Positions 15,001-30,000 of a DNA stretch of 64,000 nucleotides are shown here, piece after piece. Numbering within the stretch: position 1 is the stretch's first letter; each line of letters begins with the position of its first letter. The DNA comes from Ascidiella aspersa (Eukaryota), in NCBI GenBank assembly GCA_963924565.1, contig OZ004607.1:24304001-24368000 (forward strand), read 5' to 3'. A program made the translations under genes and the position numbers. The notes under the pieces were generated by a model. The model was not told the DNA's origin. It saw only the letters and a list, made by a program, of their open reading frames with translations, and ran no database searches.

Positions 15001-18000
15001 GTAAGAGGTGGAAATTCCTACGGGTCTCTCTTTGCACCAAACCACCTCGGAAGCGGCGGTGGAAATGGACAGGTGTGTTAGTGCTACATGAATATGGTGA
15101 ATCTCATACAATTTTGCGCTTACGCAAACGCAAGTAACTTAAACAAACACATTTCTTTTTTTGTGTTCTTTGTTAATTTGTTGGCTGTTTGATTCGATCC
15201 CGTCATAATATGTCAAATTTTTGTGGTTTGCTTTTCTAAAAAAATATAGGGACAACAATCATAACATTGAACCTTTTTCACATTTGTTTTTCCCTTCCAC
15301 AATTGCTGCTATCCATTCAACCAAATGCCAAAAAGATATGACCGTAATATCCCAACTATAACAACAATATTTCGTGATATTTGTGCGTTGTACAAGATGC
15401 GCGTTATAGCTATTTATTGTGATTAAAATTTTCCTCATCTCTACAGTTAAGAGGTTGCAACCGCCAACTTATTAAACGTAGTCATCCAATCTATTTGAAT
15501 AAATAACAATGTTTAACACAAAATTTAGCATCAGGAAAAGTTGAGTAAAAAAGAAAATCATTTACCCTTATCTGTTAGTTTAGCGATTTAAAAATCTCAT
15601 TCACCCTATTTGCTAGTTATACAATACAAAAATATTGCGTGAAAAATTTATTTCAAACCTGATCAAATATTGAGCTATGGTTTGCGCGTTTAGGGAACTG
15701 GCGGAAGCGGCGGTGGTCTGCTGCATTGGATAAACGCGGGCAAGTTTTACATGGACGGACTTCTCGACTTGTCTGCGTCTGACGGCAGCGGACAGCATGC
15801 TGCTGGTGGCAGCGGTGGTTCGGTGGCCATCAAAACGCTCAACTTCACAGGTAAACTTACAAAAATGTAGCCGGGCACTTTTTTTTAAATTTATAAATTA
15901 ACAAACAATAGATAAATGCTGGCGGTCCTGGCGTGTCTTTCAGTGTTTATATGTATTCCAATCTGTAGAGTAGAATTAAACACAATCAATGTGAGTAGAT
16001 TTATATTTCTACTTTAGGATCTAAGTACGATTATTTGACTCCAATTAAATTAAAAATTACTGTTATAATATTAAACAAACAACAAATTGACTGACATGTA
16101 TGTGTTGTCTTGGTAGGCATACTCATTTTACACAATTTTTTAACCCTTTTATGTGACTAACACTAGATAAAAAAACATATGTTTCTTTCAAACAGGACAC
16201 GGCGAAGTCCGTGTAAACGGGGGTAGTGCAACTGGTAACGGTCATGGTGGATCGGGAGGCAGAATTGCGGTTCGCGCCCAGTGGAAATACGACTTTCCAG
16301 GTAAAATAATAACATGGGTTTCCAAATGTGCAATTTTGTTTTTACTTGAGCGTAATGTAATTTTCCAATATGCTAAAACAGTTGAAAAACATCTTACGCA
16401 ATTTAAAAAACAAGAACAACTGAAAAAAAAAATTAGCAGCTTGAAAGGTGCACCGCTTTGAACAAAAACCAACCAGCAAGGTTTTAAAATTTATAATATG
16501 ATGCCAAGTATATGGAATCATCTGTTTTTCTATACAAATAAATCGTAAAAAATGTTTCAAATATTAAAGTGTAAAATAAATAAATACTACGCAAAACTAA
16601 CATGAACTGAGACAAGCTGCGTGTAACAGCTACAACCACTAAAGAAAAATAAGAACGATGATACGTGAAGCGGCCACTGATAAAAACCCGACCCAGAGGG
16701 AAGCGGTATGTGAGTCAGTGACGTAACGAACACACAGGCAGATAAGGATTTAATGACTAGCAAACGGTGGAAGGGCTAAAGATAACAACAGATTAGCAAG
16801 GAAATAGCATGAAACTCACAACCCGAAAATAGGGCAGTACAACGCACGACGAAAAAACTAAAACGAAAAACACAAAACCGCCGAATTTGGGTACCGAAAT
16901 TAGGGTAACGAGCAAATGGTGGAATGGCAATATTATAAGCTTTAACACATTGTTGTCTGATTTTTGTTCGAAGCGGTGCGCTGTTAAAATAGAACTTTTA
17001 TCGTTGGCATTATCGCGTTAAGTTGTGGGACAAGATTTCGGTATGGAAAAACATACTAAGCGGAAAAACAGTTTCTAAGACTTAAGATATGATATATGCA
17101 CAGGTCGCCTGCGTTTCGTTGGCGGATCGGGGACAGTCCCGGGTGCGGCGGGAACCTCGTACGTGGAAGAGACGGCTCGTGGCCCGCAGTATGCTCAGCT
17201 GAAGTACGAGAAAGCCGGGGCAACGGTTCCTCACGTGTACGCCGATCATTCCCTACTCATCGTTGACGCGGAAGACACCCACGAGAAGATCCACCAAGAC
17301 AAGTAGGACACTGAATTATGGCGTATTTTATTTAATTTTGTTAGTATGTGTAGAAACTGATTAATTTATAAGTCTTAGCAAAAATTCAGTGGGTAAAATC
17401 ATTCTTTTATTTGCTTTGCAGAGATCATAAATCGTGATACCGTCATCTAGTATTATTCAAAACTGTCTAATAAGCTTTTGCTTCGTATACAAAACATCAA
17501 TTTCACAATTAAACAAGCTGAAACACTTTAGAAAGTAAGGAATTTCCCGCAGACAAAAAAATGTAAAATAAAGATTGTTGTTTTCGTATCAGATGATATA
17601 AGACTGTTTATAAAAACAAATAAAACATAAAACCATTTCTTAAAAAAATTGTTTCTTTTAAGAAATGATTTTATGTTTTTTCTGTTTTCATAAACAGTCT
17701 TAGATCACAATTAAACAATCTTTTTCATGAAACAAAGTAGAATGATTTTACGTTCAGGTATCTCGTTCCGTGGATATACACAATGGTCCAGGGCGGATTT
17801 TCCGTTGAGGATGGGCGCCCGAAGGATGACTACGAGTTCGACGAGGCGCGGATAACCCGCCACGCCAACGTTAGGTTCTTCCACCCATCGCACGACGGAC
17901 TGGAACAAGACGGACCAAACAGGTATACAGACAATCTTTCTCTCACTAAATAACGTGTGCCGACAACGGGTGAACGAACCAAGCCTAGTATGTTTATAGA

Positions 18001-21000
18001 TTGCTTTATAACAGGGGTTCCCAACCTGTGGTACGCGTACCACTGGTGGTACGCGACGGTTTTCCAGGTGGTACGCGAGTACCTTCCGTTTTTTTTCACA
18101 AAAACCTGGATTCACAACTTTATATTTTGTTGATCTGGTTTTTTACAAAAAAAATCCCTAAAGCCTATTTATTGTTACGTAATTATTTCTGTTGTTTCGT
18201 ACCATTCCGATCTTCAAAAGACAGGCTATAGCAATTGTCGACAAGTAGCGCATTTGCTTTGTAAAGCGTACAACGCTGTTGAACAGTGGGCGTTAATTAT
18301 GTCAAACGATTGCTCTTGATAGATATAATCTACTGATTTATAGCTTAATTTACAAATAGCATTGAATAATGCTAGTTGTAAGCTAAAAACAGGCAAAAAT
18401 ATGATTCGATCAAAATAGTTGTTCTACAACAGTGGTTCTTAACCGGGGGCGCCAAGCAAATCTTAGGGGGGCGCAAGCACTATTCCAATATTTACTTTTT
18501 TTTAATGTTTTATCAGTTCCATGTTGCTTTAGTTACTCAATCTGCTTGTATGCTGTCTTATACATAACATCAAAATTACACATGTTTGGAAAGGTAACTG
18601 AAGAAACACGATCATAATTTAGCGATTTGCAAACTTTGGGGCTGTACTTATTCAGAACAGTATGATATGGTTGAAGAAGATCTAAGTTGTGCAGCATGCC
18701 ACCCTCTTCTTTACTTTTTGCGCATCACTAATTGGGGGGAACTCGGACTTTATTGCGCCAATTTGTAATGTTATTTGCAGTATATAGCCTTTGCATTGTG
18801 TGCCATCACCCCTTTTAAAACACGATTAACGCAATGTTTCATTTTTTACAACGTGTTTGTCAAAATTAGCTCGATGAAAACCAATATATCAAGCACGAGC
18901 AGCTTTTGTGTGTTTCGAAAATTAAGGTTTAGCCAATACAAACCAAATAAACGCAATTTCTTTCGCGCTTCACACTACAAATTTACTTTATTATTGTTGT
19001 TTAATATCTAAGGGGGGCGCAAGGCTCAGAAAAATTACCAAAGGGGGGGGCGCGGTAGAAAAAAGGTGAAGAACCACTGTAATACAAGAAGTGGTACGCG
19101 TGGCGTTAGAAAACGTCTAAGTGGTACGGGATTGGAAAAAGGTTGGGAACCCCTGCTTTATAATGATTTCCTATACTAAACAAGCTATCGGACACCTTTT
19201 TCAGAATGAGGTGCGTAACAATTCCGAACAAGATTATCCTTAACGGTTTTCCAAAATATGTGTTTGGTGACGATAAATTGAATGTTCGACATACATAAAT
19301 TGTACTAAAATTCACATCAAAGCTGTTACCTGAAAGTGTCGTATTTATTAGGACTGTCACGATCGTGCACAAGTTCCTGGGAGATCGCACTGGAAAAGTC
19401 AACGTTCGATGCAACCAAACCTTGTACGTGGAGTTTTTGAGAAACACGGCCAATGAAACGGCAGCACCCTGCAGTTACAGGTTCGTACGTATTATGATAT
19501 CAATAAATATTTCGCCTTTTCTCTTAATTCAAGTTGTTACTTAAATGCTTGCAGCATACCTTTTATACTTTAACTAAACTAAAGTATTGCAAGTACAAAC
19601 GTCATATTCACAGATCGTCATAACCAAGAAGTGCATTGGTGCTAAGCATTGATTGTTTGAATTTCATAGGGTTGATGTCGGGGCCGAAATGTTTATGCCG
19701 ACCAAGTCAACGTTCATCGGCACAAGAACGTGGATTGAAGGAATGCTGGTTGGTGTAGAAGACCTAAAGATCGGAAACGGCGGAGATTTGGTGTTCTTGA
19801 TTACCGCACAGGTCGCTTTAGTCGAACATGGAAAAAAGGTTAACTCACCAAAACTTTAATTTTTTACAGTTTGGCATTGTTTTGTAAGAACGTAGCTCTA
19901 AATAAAGGTCACCAAAGATTTTTTAATATAAGACCCGTGAATGTAAGGCTTAATGATCGCGGGCCAGATATATTTTGTGTCGAACTTTATTTACTTTAAA
20001 TCGTTAAACGAAGGAAATATAAATGACTACGCGACAAAAAATGTAACCAGCTTTGATGAATTGTCGTTCAGTTTAAAATTCCATCAAGGTTTGGTTTAAA
20101 ATGGTATCCGACAATAATTCAACTTTTAAGGAAAAATGCCGCGGCCCGGTAGAATTAACTCTGCGGTCCGAATCGGTCCGTAGTTTTGTAACCCCTGCTC
20201 TAAAGCGTTGATCCATGTGTAATAAACAGGCAACGTTATATATTGTTGTGTATGTCATGCGATCTTTAATATTATGCTTACAATCGAACCGTAATTTTAA
20301 CAGAGCCATGTCACCGAACCTGGTCGTTTCGACTTCTCCAGTCTTACTGTCATGCGCAAAGGACAAATCGAGTTCCTGAAAGCCAGCAAGTCCGTATTTA
20401 TTGATCTGGGTCTGCTTAAGGTTCAGTATCAAGGCAACATGTTCCTGTATCATACCTTCATAACGTCTGGACTTGGCGTCTTGGAAAGTGAAGGTAAACG
20501 TGTTTAATTATCGCCTACCTGTGACATTTGTTAAGAACAGTTTTTTAACAACACAATTTAATTAAAGTATAGCTTTATATAATCTTTAAAATAGATATAC
20601 TATTAGTCCTTGAAAAAATTATGTATTACTTGTTCTATTGGGTGTAACCCAAGAGTCGTTTAAAGTACGCCCTGCTACCATCATCTGATTTCCTACACAA
20701 ATTTTATTACGTTTTTTAATAAAAAGCGAAATTTGAATCATACTAGTCCAATATATTACCTAACCATGGAACAGGAAAACTATAAACCATGGAACTAACA
20801 AATTTATTATTTATTTGCAGGTATTTTGCATATGGATGGCACTGGGCACTCAGCCGGGCTTGGATTGGGATCTGGAAAGTCAGTAGACAATGTCGGAACT
20901 GGTGCTGGTCATGGAGGACAAGGAGGTGGACCTGGTCCAGCACTAGGCGGAGATCCGTATGACTCTGTTTACCGACCAAGTCAACCCGGAAGCGGTGGTG

Positions 21001-24000
21001 GAAATGCAGGTGTGCTTCGTATCTCGTACAATGGCTGAGCAGCAAGGATCTTGTTTCTAATTCTGAAGCTAAACATAAGTCTGTACTTGAAAAACCTGAT
21101 AACAAATACAGTTTATCAGATTTCCCATGATGAACACTAACTATACAGCGATAAGACATATTTAAGAAATGCATGTTGTCACTAAGTGTAATAAATTTGA
21201 AGAAATAACAATTGTAGAAATTAGTTCTATTTTTTAAAACCGGCAGCAAAGCACCAATATGTGCAAATTTATACTCAAATTATTTCAGAATATGTTGCCA
21301 TTTGCCATTTTAGGATCAAATCAGGGCGGATCCGGAGGTGGCTATCTTCATTGGAAGGTTGGTGAACTAATTGAACTCAACGGTCTGTTGTCTGCTTATG
21401 GAAAGAATGGCAGTGGTTCTAATTCCGGGGGTGGATCTGGAGGCTCTATTCTTATTGAAACAACCAACATTACTGGACACGGTACAAATAATTTTCTTAT
21501 AAGATGATAAATAAGATGATATGTTATAAGAAAATGCGCTTAAATTGTTGCTTCTGTTTTTTTGTTTCGTTGTTCATTTTCCTACCCCTTATAAAGGCTA
21601 ATTTGTTAATATAAAATATGTACAGTTTACAGTTACACAACCTTAACATTTCCGCACGGCTGTAACCCATGCGTCTAAGATTGCTGCCGCCGGTATTTTT
21701 TTTGCATCAATGTTTCTATTGAAACTTCCAGGTGAGATCAGCGTTCGTGGTGGTAACGGAGGATCGGGTAAAGGAGGTGGTGGAGCAGGTGGAAGAATCG
21801 CCGTTTTATGTAGATGGAGATATCAATATGGAGGAAAGTACAACGACGCTGGTGGCCTGGGCGATCTCGGTTCTGATTCAGATACGTACACCCTTAAGCA
21901 CGGAGCCGCAGCTGGTAAGATCAAGTAGAATATCAAAATTCAGGCTGTTTTCGACACCGTCAATTGCTGTTAAAAACTTCACCCCTGCACAGATTTAAGG
22001 TTTTAATAAGGGATAATCAATGTTACTGCAGCTGGCAAGATAATGTAAAATTAGGTTGTTTAGGACATTTTGCTAAATTGATATAAATTCACACCTATTA
22101 TGTTTTATTAGTGGACAAACTATTTTGTTACTGTATGACCGAAATACAATAGCTCGTTTAAGCATGTTATACGATTTCCAGGTACGGCCTACGTGGAGGA
22201 AAATCTAAGACCACCACAGTATCGCACCTTGAAGTACAACCCGAACACCAATATGTCGTACCTGGCGGTCGACCACACTTACGTGCATGTTGACAACGAG
22301 GGTAGAAACGTTCCGCCGCCTTCTGTTATCATGGAAGAAGGAAGGCGTTTTTACGAGTTCGATGAAGCGGAGATAACCGGCTATGCTCGTCTCGTGTTCT
22401 ATCACCCGGACGACTATGAAACGGTTTGTGGTAGCATTTATCGCCAGCACCGCTACGTTTCTTACGATTTGTTTATTACGACAGAACTCGACAAGCGATG
22501 CTGAAGACTTGACGATCGGCGTTACGATTGAGATTCACAAATTCATTGGAGACAGGACTGGACTTTTGCATCTGTTCGGCGGCCAACGATTGTTTGTGGA
22601 ATATACACCCTCAAATTGGACAAGAACCATGGCGCCTTGCAGTTTTTACATTGAAGCTGGCTCTGAGATTATTTTACCGCAAGAGGTAAGATAACAAAGC
22701 CTTTACAAACGTGTACAACTGTAGAACAACTATGATCTAGGCCTTCCGAAATCGCTTTTTGATCAACGATAACGTTCTATGTTTTGTTCTGTGTTTTGCT
22801 TGCTTTACAAAATAATATCTACCTGCGTTAAAAACGAACGTTTAAATATTGAGAAGCATATTAATTTATTAATTAATATCTAGTCTTACATATGACTGAA
22901 TAAAATGAGCGTAAAATAAAAATGCCTCTACGATGTTATTATTATTACATTGGTTTGTCTTAAGACACATCTCGAAGGAACCCGCAGCAGCTTTTTCGGT
23001 CGAATCACTGGAATCCACAAGCTGTACGTGTCGCGTGGTGGCAACGTCGACTTCCATTCTTCTGCCAACACCGCGCTGCCTAAAGACGGTTCGAACGCCA
23101 CCCTCGTGCTGTACGATCACATGACACAGCGCGGCAACTTCTCCTTCAGTTGGTTTTACGTCAAAACCGGCGGCACCGTCGAGTTTACGGACATCATTGA
23201 CTTCTTGCTTCTTACTGCAAGTGACGTGAAGGTTTGTCATGTTGCCGTTTTTGTGGTTGGGTTAATGTTTCAATGTTTGTCATTCACTACAAATCTTTAA
23301 TACCGGAAGAAAAGATATTTCGACACTGCGATTTTTTTTTCGTAGGTCATTGAAAGGTTTAATCACTTTATTCAATCGACTACTACAGCATTGCAATATA
23401 TTTATCTTTTTTGTCTGATACTCGCAAAAGACAGATGTTTTGGTTTGCAGGTGAAATACAACGGTAACCTTTACATGAACGATGCCGAAATCCAATGCAG
23501 CTGCGCAAGAATCGAGAGCGGTGGAATATTTCACCTTGACGGCCGCGGTTACAAAGCTGGACTGGGTGTCGGTGCAGGTTCATCCATCAACGGTAAATTT
23601 TTTTGTGTGTCTTCTCATGGCTATCTGCTGTTTGTGACCATTTTCACCTACAAGCCAAATTGTTGTCGCAGGCAAGGGACAGGGTGCAAGCCACGGAGGG
23701 CAAGGAGGGGGAGTCAATGACCCGACTGCTGCGTACGATTCTGTGTTTTCACCAGTCCTTCCTGGAAGTGGTGGAGGTAAGCTGGCTATTAGATAGTTGT
23801 TTCATTACTATTGATTGTTAAAAGAGAAATGCTCTTTAAAGCGGATACATATCGAAGAAAAGTGGTTTTACAAACCCAAACAAAGATAAAACCACCTTAA
23901 ATAAATGTTGCTCAACATTTATTTAACTCTACGTTTTCTTGTTATAGTACTAGATATTTTTTTCATTAAAATTTTAAAAAAGAAACAGGTATACGCCATT

Positions 24001-27000
24001 TTTTCACGGTCCTAATTTTCTAGGTAATGGTGCAAGTGCGTCGGATGTCGGTGGATGCGGTGGAGGTTATCTGGAATGGAACGTCGGTCAGTTGTTCGAA
24101 ATGGATGGTTGGTTGGCACTACGTGGCACTGACGGAAGTGGAACGAACTCCGGTGGTGGATCGGGCGGCGCCGTCCTTGTTAAGGCTTTTAATATGACCG
24201 GTATGGTTCGCTCTTAACTGAACACGACGCATCGATGTTAAAAACGCGAATTGAATAATTCTTTTTCTAAAGGTCACGGAGTGATTGACGTGAGAGGAGG
24301 AAGAGGAGGAAAGAGAGAAGGTGGAGGAGGAGCAGGAGGAAGGATCGCTGTTCATTGCCAGTGAGACTTCTACAATGTTCTAAATATTGTTAACACTTTC
24401 TAATCACCACATTTATTTAGGGATATTTTAGGAAATCGTTGAAATTTAGATTTTACAAACATGTCGTGCGTCATTTGTTTACTTGTTATTCGTTGTTGAA
24501 GCTCGACAGAATAGCCATTTTTTTATAGTTGATAGCAAATAGCCATGTCGCCATTTTACAGGTACCGTTACTCCTACGGAGGAACCTTCCTGAATCGCGG
24601 TGGACCTGGTGGAAGCAGTCCCGAAAGCGATTTCGATCCCACTTTAGGGGAATACCAGGACTATGACGTCGTTAACGTGGTTACGGATCCGCAAGGTGGC
24701 GCTGCTGGCTCTTCGTACGTCGAGGAGAACATGAGACCGCCGCAGTATCGCATCTTGAAGTACAACAAGGACGCCAATACTTCCTATTTGCAAGTTGATC
24801 ACAGGTAAACGATTCCCAGGTTCAATATCGGTCAACGCATAAAATTAGCGCCATCCCAATTTTAAATTTCTGTTTAACAAATAAGTCGGAACATATGTTT
24901 TCCAACCGAGGCATTTTCCATTTTATTCAAAGGTACATCCACGTGGACAACGAAGGCATATTGGTTCCTGTTGCGTCTGTGATCTTGCACGAAAACTCGT
25001 TCGAGTACGAAGTGGAGGAAATGCATTTGACAGGAGCAGCTCGACTGATTATCGCTCAACCGGTTTCCAACGCTACGAATCACTCTACGACACCTGACGA
25101 GTTGGGAAGAACGGGACGTTTGCTCAATTTCGTCGTGCACAAATTTTTGGGAGACAAGACTGGAAAAATGCACCTTCGCCACAACCAAGTGAGTTATTCC
25201 AGACCGACAGGCATCTAAGCGATAGATATTTGTCTCACTGGCAATTTATAAGGATTCCCTCTTGAAAGCTGAATCTTGTAATTCAGTTTTTTAAAAATTA
25301 TATAAATTTTGGTTGCTTGCTATTTGCTTAGTTTAAAAGCTTTGGTCTGCATGCATTGTTAATAGGCCAATTGTATTGTAGTTTTGGTTTGCATTCTTAG
25401 ATTTTGTAAATGCCTGTCTACGTAAGACTATCGAGCATAGAACCTTCGCGACTACGTTTTAATTGGATGTGCCACGATTAATAGATCACTCGCAGTCGTG
25501 ATAAAATGTGTAATCAGTGGCCATAACAAATACCAAATACGCAACGCAATAATTGTAACAATATACAACATAAGGTTTCGCCCAACTCACTTTAGGTTAT
25601 TTAGGTCAGAAAATAATAGCGTTTTCTGAGCTGATTGATTTCCACTATACTCTAAACTCGTAAAAGCTAATGAAATACCTCGACAGGTCTTGCATGCGGA
25701 AGTAAAAGAATCAACCAACAACAGAACGGAGGCTCCATGTAGCTTCCTCATTGATGTCACTGCAGAAATCGAGCTTCCAGCCGAAACCCATTTCCATGGC
25801 GTCGACAGCGAAATACATGGTAGAACCACACATATTAAGCTGTAATCAACATAAATCAATCATAAAGTCTATATAGTGAATGTATAGTATTCAGGTGAGA
25901 AACTGGCTTAAAATTTCTTAAGGCTTAAGTCCCGTTTACACTACCGCAGCGCTGAGGTAAGCAAAGCGTAATTTACATTTGATTTCTATTATGGCGATCG
26001 CTTCACGCTTTGCTAAACTTAATCACCGTACAGCTAGAAAAAAGTGAAGCTTTGTAGCGATTTTCACGCTTTGCTCGACTGTCATCGAAGCGTGAAAGTG
26101 ATTTTGCATTGTCTGCTAGGCAGCCATAGTAGAATCGCAATTCACGCCCACCTCAGTTCAGCTGTAGTGTGAACGGGCCTTCACTGCGATTTTATAATTA
26201 ATTTTAATTGAGTGTAATTTTGCCTTTGCAATCTGTTTACTAAGTGTGCTAACTTGTACAGGAACAATGACCGGTGTCCATGAGTTGTTTATCGAGGACG
26301 GAGCCACAGTCCACTTCACGTGCACTTCACGAACAGCGCTGCGCGTCGCCGGGGCTTACGACCAAGTGACAGACCGCGGCAATTTCTCGGTGAGCGTGGC
26401 TGACATCAAGTACGGGGGCTCGCTCGTCTTCACTGACCAAGTGGAGAACGACGGAAGGGATATGCTGGTCACCATTCCGGATTTGGAAATCAAGTATACC
26501 GGAAGGATCCTGCTTCGGAACAGCGCGATCATCGAAAGCGGCCTGGTCGACTTGGAAAGCGGGGCGTTCATAACTCTAGATGGCACCGGATACGAGAAAC
26601 TGGTTGGCAAAGGAGCAGGACAAACCGAGAGCTACGGTGCATCTGGTGCTAGCCACGGAGGAGCCGGCGGCCACAATTCGGGTTAGTGTAAGATTTAGTT
26701 TTAAACACACGACCGCAGAAACACAACAGAAAAACGTATACCTAGTTATAGACTCCACCTCATAATATTAACGCGAGATAAAGTACATCAAAATAGCGTT
26801 GGAGAAAATGGTCCCGTGGTCAGTTTGTAACTGAGTTTCTCTTTGGAAGTTTTGTATGACTTTTTAGGGAACAATTATGGACTTATGATCAGGGGTTCGT
26901 TAAATCTTGATTTGGTAATTTGTTTTTATAGCATCGGAAATTGTTAAGAACAACACTCACGACACCCTGGCTATTTTCCACGGATTTTATGGCTCGGTGC

Positions 27001-30000
27001 TCACTCCGAAGGACAAAGGAAGCGGAGGCGGTGGCAGCGGCGGAGGTTCTGGTGGTGGAGCGCTCGATATGCGGGTATTGAACAATTCTTTAACACATCA
27101 CATTAGTTAGCCCGGTAAACAATGTTTTTTTTATCATAGTGACTTCCAATGGAGTGAGCAATTCAACAAATAATTTTATAGCGTCGAACAACATACTTGC
27201 GTCGTTCGCTGATGAATAGCGTTTTACAGTACAGTTATCGTATAAAGTAGTGGTTCTCAAAACTTTTCTGGCTTGCGGTACACTAAAATATATTAAATAT
27301 TTCGCTGCACACTCGGAACAGAACAACAATAGAGGAATTTTACAATCGGCCTTACAACACAACAATCTATATGAAAATGTCTTAATATTATTAACTTGTT
27401 ATGATAGTGCGTATTATTCAAGTCTGAAATGCTTGCGTGTATGCCTATTGGTAATATATAAAACCTATTTTCCAAAGTTTCCAAAAAGCACACTTAAGGC
27501 ACACAGTTTGGGAATCACTGGTATAAGTAATTCTTCTCCTCGTTAGGTCGGTAGAACACTTCACCTCGACGGACTGCTGTCCTCCAAGGGCGCGGGTGCA
27601 ACTTCCCCGCAATCAGGCGGAGGCTCTGGTGGAAGCATTCTCATCGAAGCCACAAACTTCACCGGACACGGAGAGCTGTCAGTTAAAGGAGGCGACGGCG
27701 TCGGACAAACATTGACCAACGGGAACCAACTCGTCGGCGGTGGAGGCGGCGGAGGAAGAATCGGAGTCCATCTGCGCCACATAAACAACTACGGCGGTCT
27801 TTATACGACCGAGGGCGGCAAAGGCTACCAGGGTTCGTCTTCGTCGAGTAGCAAGCCACTGGACGGTTCCGCCGGCACCATGTACAAGTACGAGTCGCGC
27901 CGGGGTCCGCAGTACCGCGAGCTAAAGTACGGCCTACACAACGAGACGACGTTCAAGCCGGAGCACTCCATGCTGAAGGTGGACGCCGGTTCGAGGCTGG
28001 GATTTTTGTCTTCCGTCGGTTACACCGCTCTGCCCACAATGGTAATGGAAAGCAACACAAGATTTTACGAATTCGACGAGGTTCAACTGCACGGGGTCGT
28101 CAGCGTTCTTCTTTATCACCCTGAGGTACTTTTTTGTTTTGCGGCTAGGTGCAAATAATGATGTGCGATACTTGACATTTTATTCGGATACCTATACCCG
28201 GTATTTTGGACAAAAAGTATCGCGATCCGATCCGATACCAAAAGACATCATTACTATGTTTCAACAATCAAATAGTCAAAATTGAAACATTAAAAGATTA
28301 TTTTTCCAATTTATTAGACAAAAACTTGCTTAAGCGTTAGGAATTTCAGTTATCTCTAGTTGCTAACCTATATAGTTTTTTTAAGTTAACTTTATCATTA
28401 TAATCGCTGCGATAAATCGCAAATCATGGCTGGAATTCTTGTATGAGTTTGGTATCGCATCAACATCGATGCCGACCTAGTTTCCTACGAGTATCGATAC
28501 TACAACGTGGCATCAGACATCATCACCTATCCGAGATTATTATCGGAAATAGATTTGAAATATTCAATAATTTCATAAACAATAGCATGTTTTTAAGTGA
28601 TACAAACTTGCGATTGCGATAGGTTGTTCGACAACGTCGGTCGACCGCAAGCGACAGTGTGAAGGTGGTGGCTCACGAACTGACTGGTGATAAGCAAGGT
28701 GTGATCACCGTGCGAGACCGCCAGGTGCTCTACGTACATTACGTGGAATCAACGCACACCTTTTTGGATGCACCTTGCAGGTAAAGTCTTGATTTAATGT
28801 AAAACTTTATTGAATTGTTAAATTTTGTCACATATCTAACCAAAGTAAGGTGACACAATGACTCATGCTACTTTCACGTTATTAAAACGAGTTGTAATAC
28901 TATACAAGATAAATCTTTCTCAAACTTTATCTTCGCTCGTATATTTTTGCAAACTCTCATGATAATTCTCACAAAGGTTACACACCTATCTTTTGTTTAG
29001 AGCTGCCTTTATATGTTCCACATGTTGTTCAATATTGATTTAATCACGTATTTCTTGCAGTTTTGACGTTGAACAAGGCGGCGAAGTGGTGCTGCCCACC
29101 ACCGTCATTTTACGCAGCCGTGTGACCAGGTTAGCTGGAAGAATGACCGGTGTCCACGAATTGGTGATGGAGAGACAAGCCACATTCTATATCTTGGATT
29201 CTGCTCACACAAGCCAGGTGACAAATTAAAAAATCTACATTTTCTTTTGACAAAATTTCTCTGTTTCGAAAGATATCTTTATTAGTAGCGATAACACATC
29301 AATCTCACATGAAAACCAGGGCATATGTAAAGTTGAACTTTCGCAACTATTTAACACCATTACTACATGGCAACTTGATTCACATATTTTCTATTGAGTA
29401 ACTTGAATGTTTTCTCAGTTGGCCAACAAATCCAATCCGTACGACGCGAATCGGTTAGGTATACAAACACCAAGCAACTTCAGACTCGGGGTTCTGTCCG
29501 TGAACAACCAAGGAAAAGTCATCGCTCGCATGCCGGCAACTTATTCCTACAGCACGTTTATTCCCACCTTTAACGTTGCCGACCTATCGTTGAAGAAGGG
29601 TGCTTTGTTCACATCGGAAACCAGACGAGTTCAATTTGACAGCACAAATACAGTAATTGAATCCGGTACGTAAAATAAAAGTAAAGCATCCAAATTTTAT
29701 TAATCGAATAGTTAGGCATAATGTGCATAATTCGAACGTATTGGCTCACGCTCAAAATAAATTTGGTTGTAGGGGCCAGACTTACAGCTGATAAGGCAGG
29801 CGATGGAGCAAGCAGTGGGTATGGAATGGGATCTTGCGGAAGTTACGGCTGTTCAGGTGGTTCCTACGCTTCATCTGGTGGACGAGGGTTTGATGTATCA
29901 GCTCCTGGACACAGTCGGGTTCCATTCGACTCAATATTCCGACCCATATCTGCTGGAAGTGGGGGTGGAGGTAAAGTAGTTAGCTTTTACATTATAGTAA

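Noticed and set aside
17711-19011. Transposase ORF inside the nested hAT elements
   Set aside because: Only short AT-rich ORFs with no BED finger, DDE or hAT dimerisation motifs. The elements are non-autonomous.
27209-27247. CTGATGA followed by an ATAGC/GTTAT stem
   Set aside because: The GAAA box is absent, so there is too little evidence.
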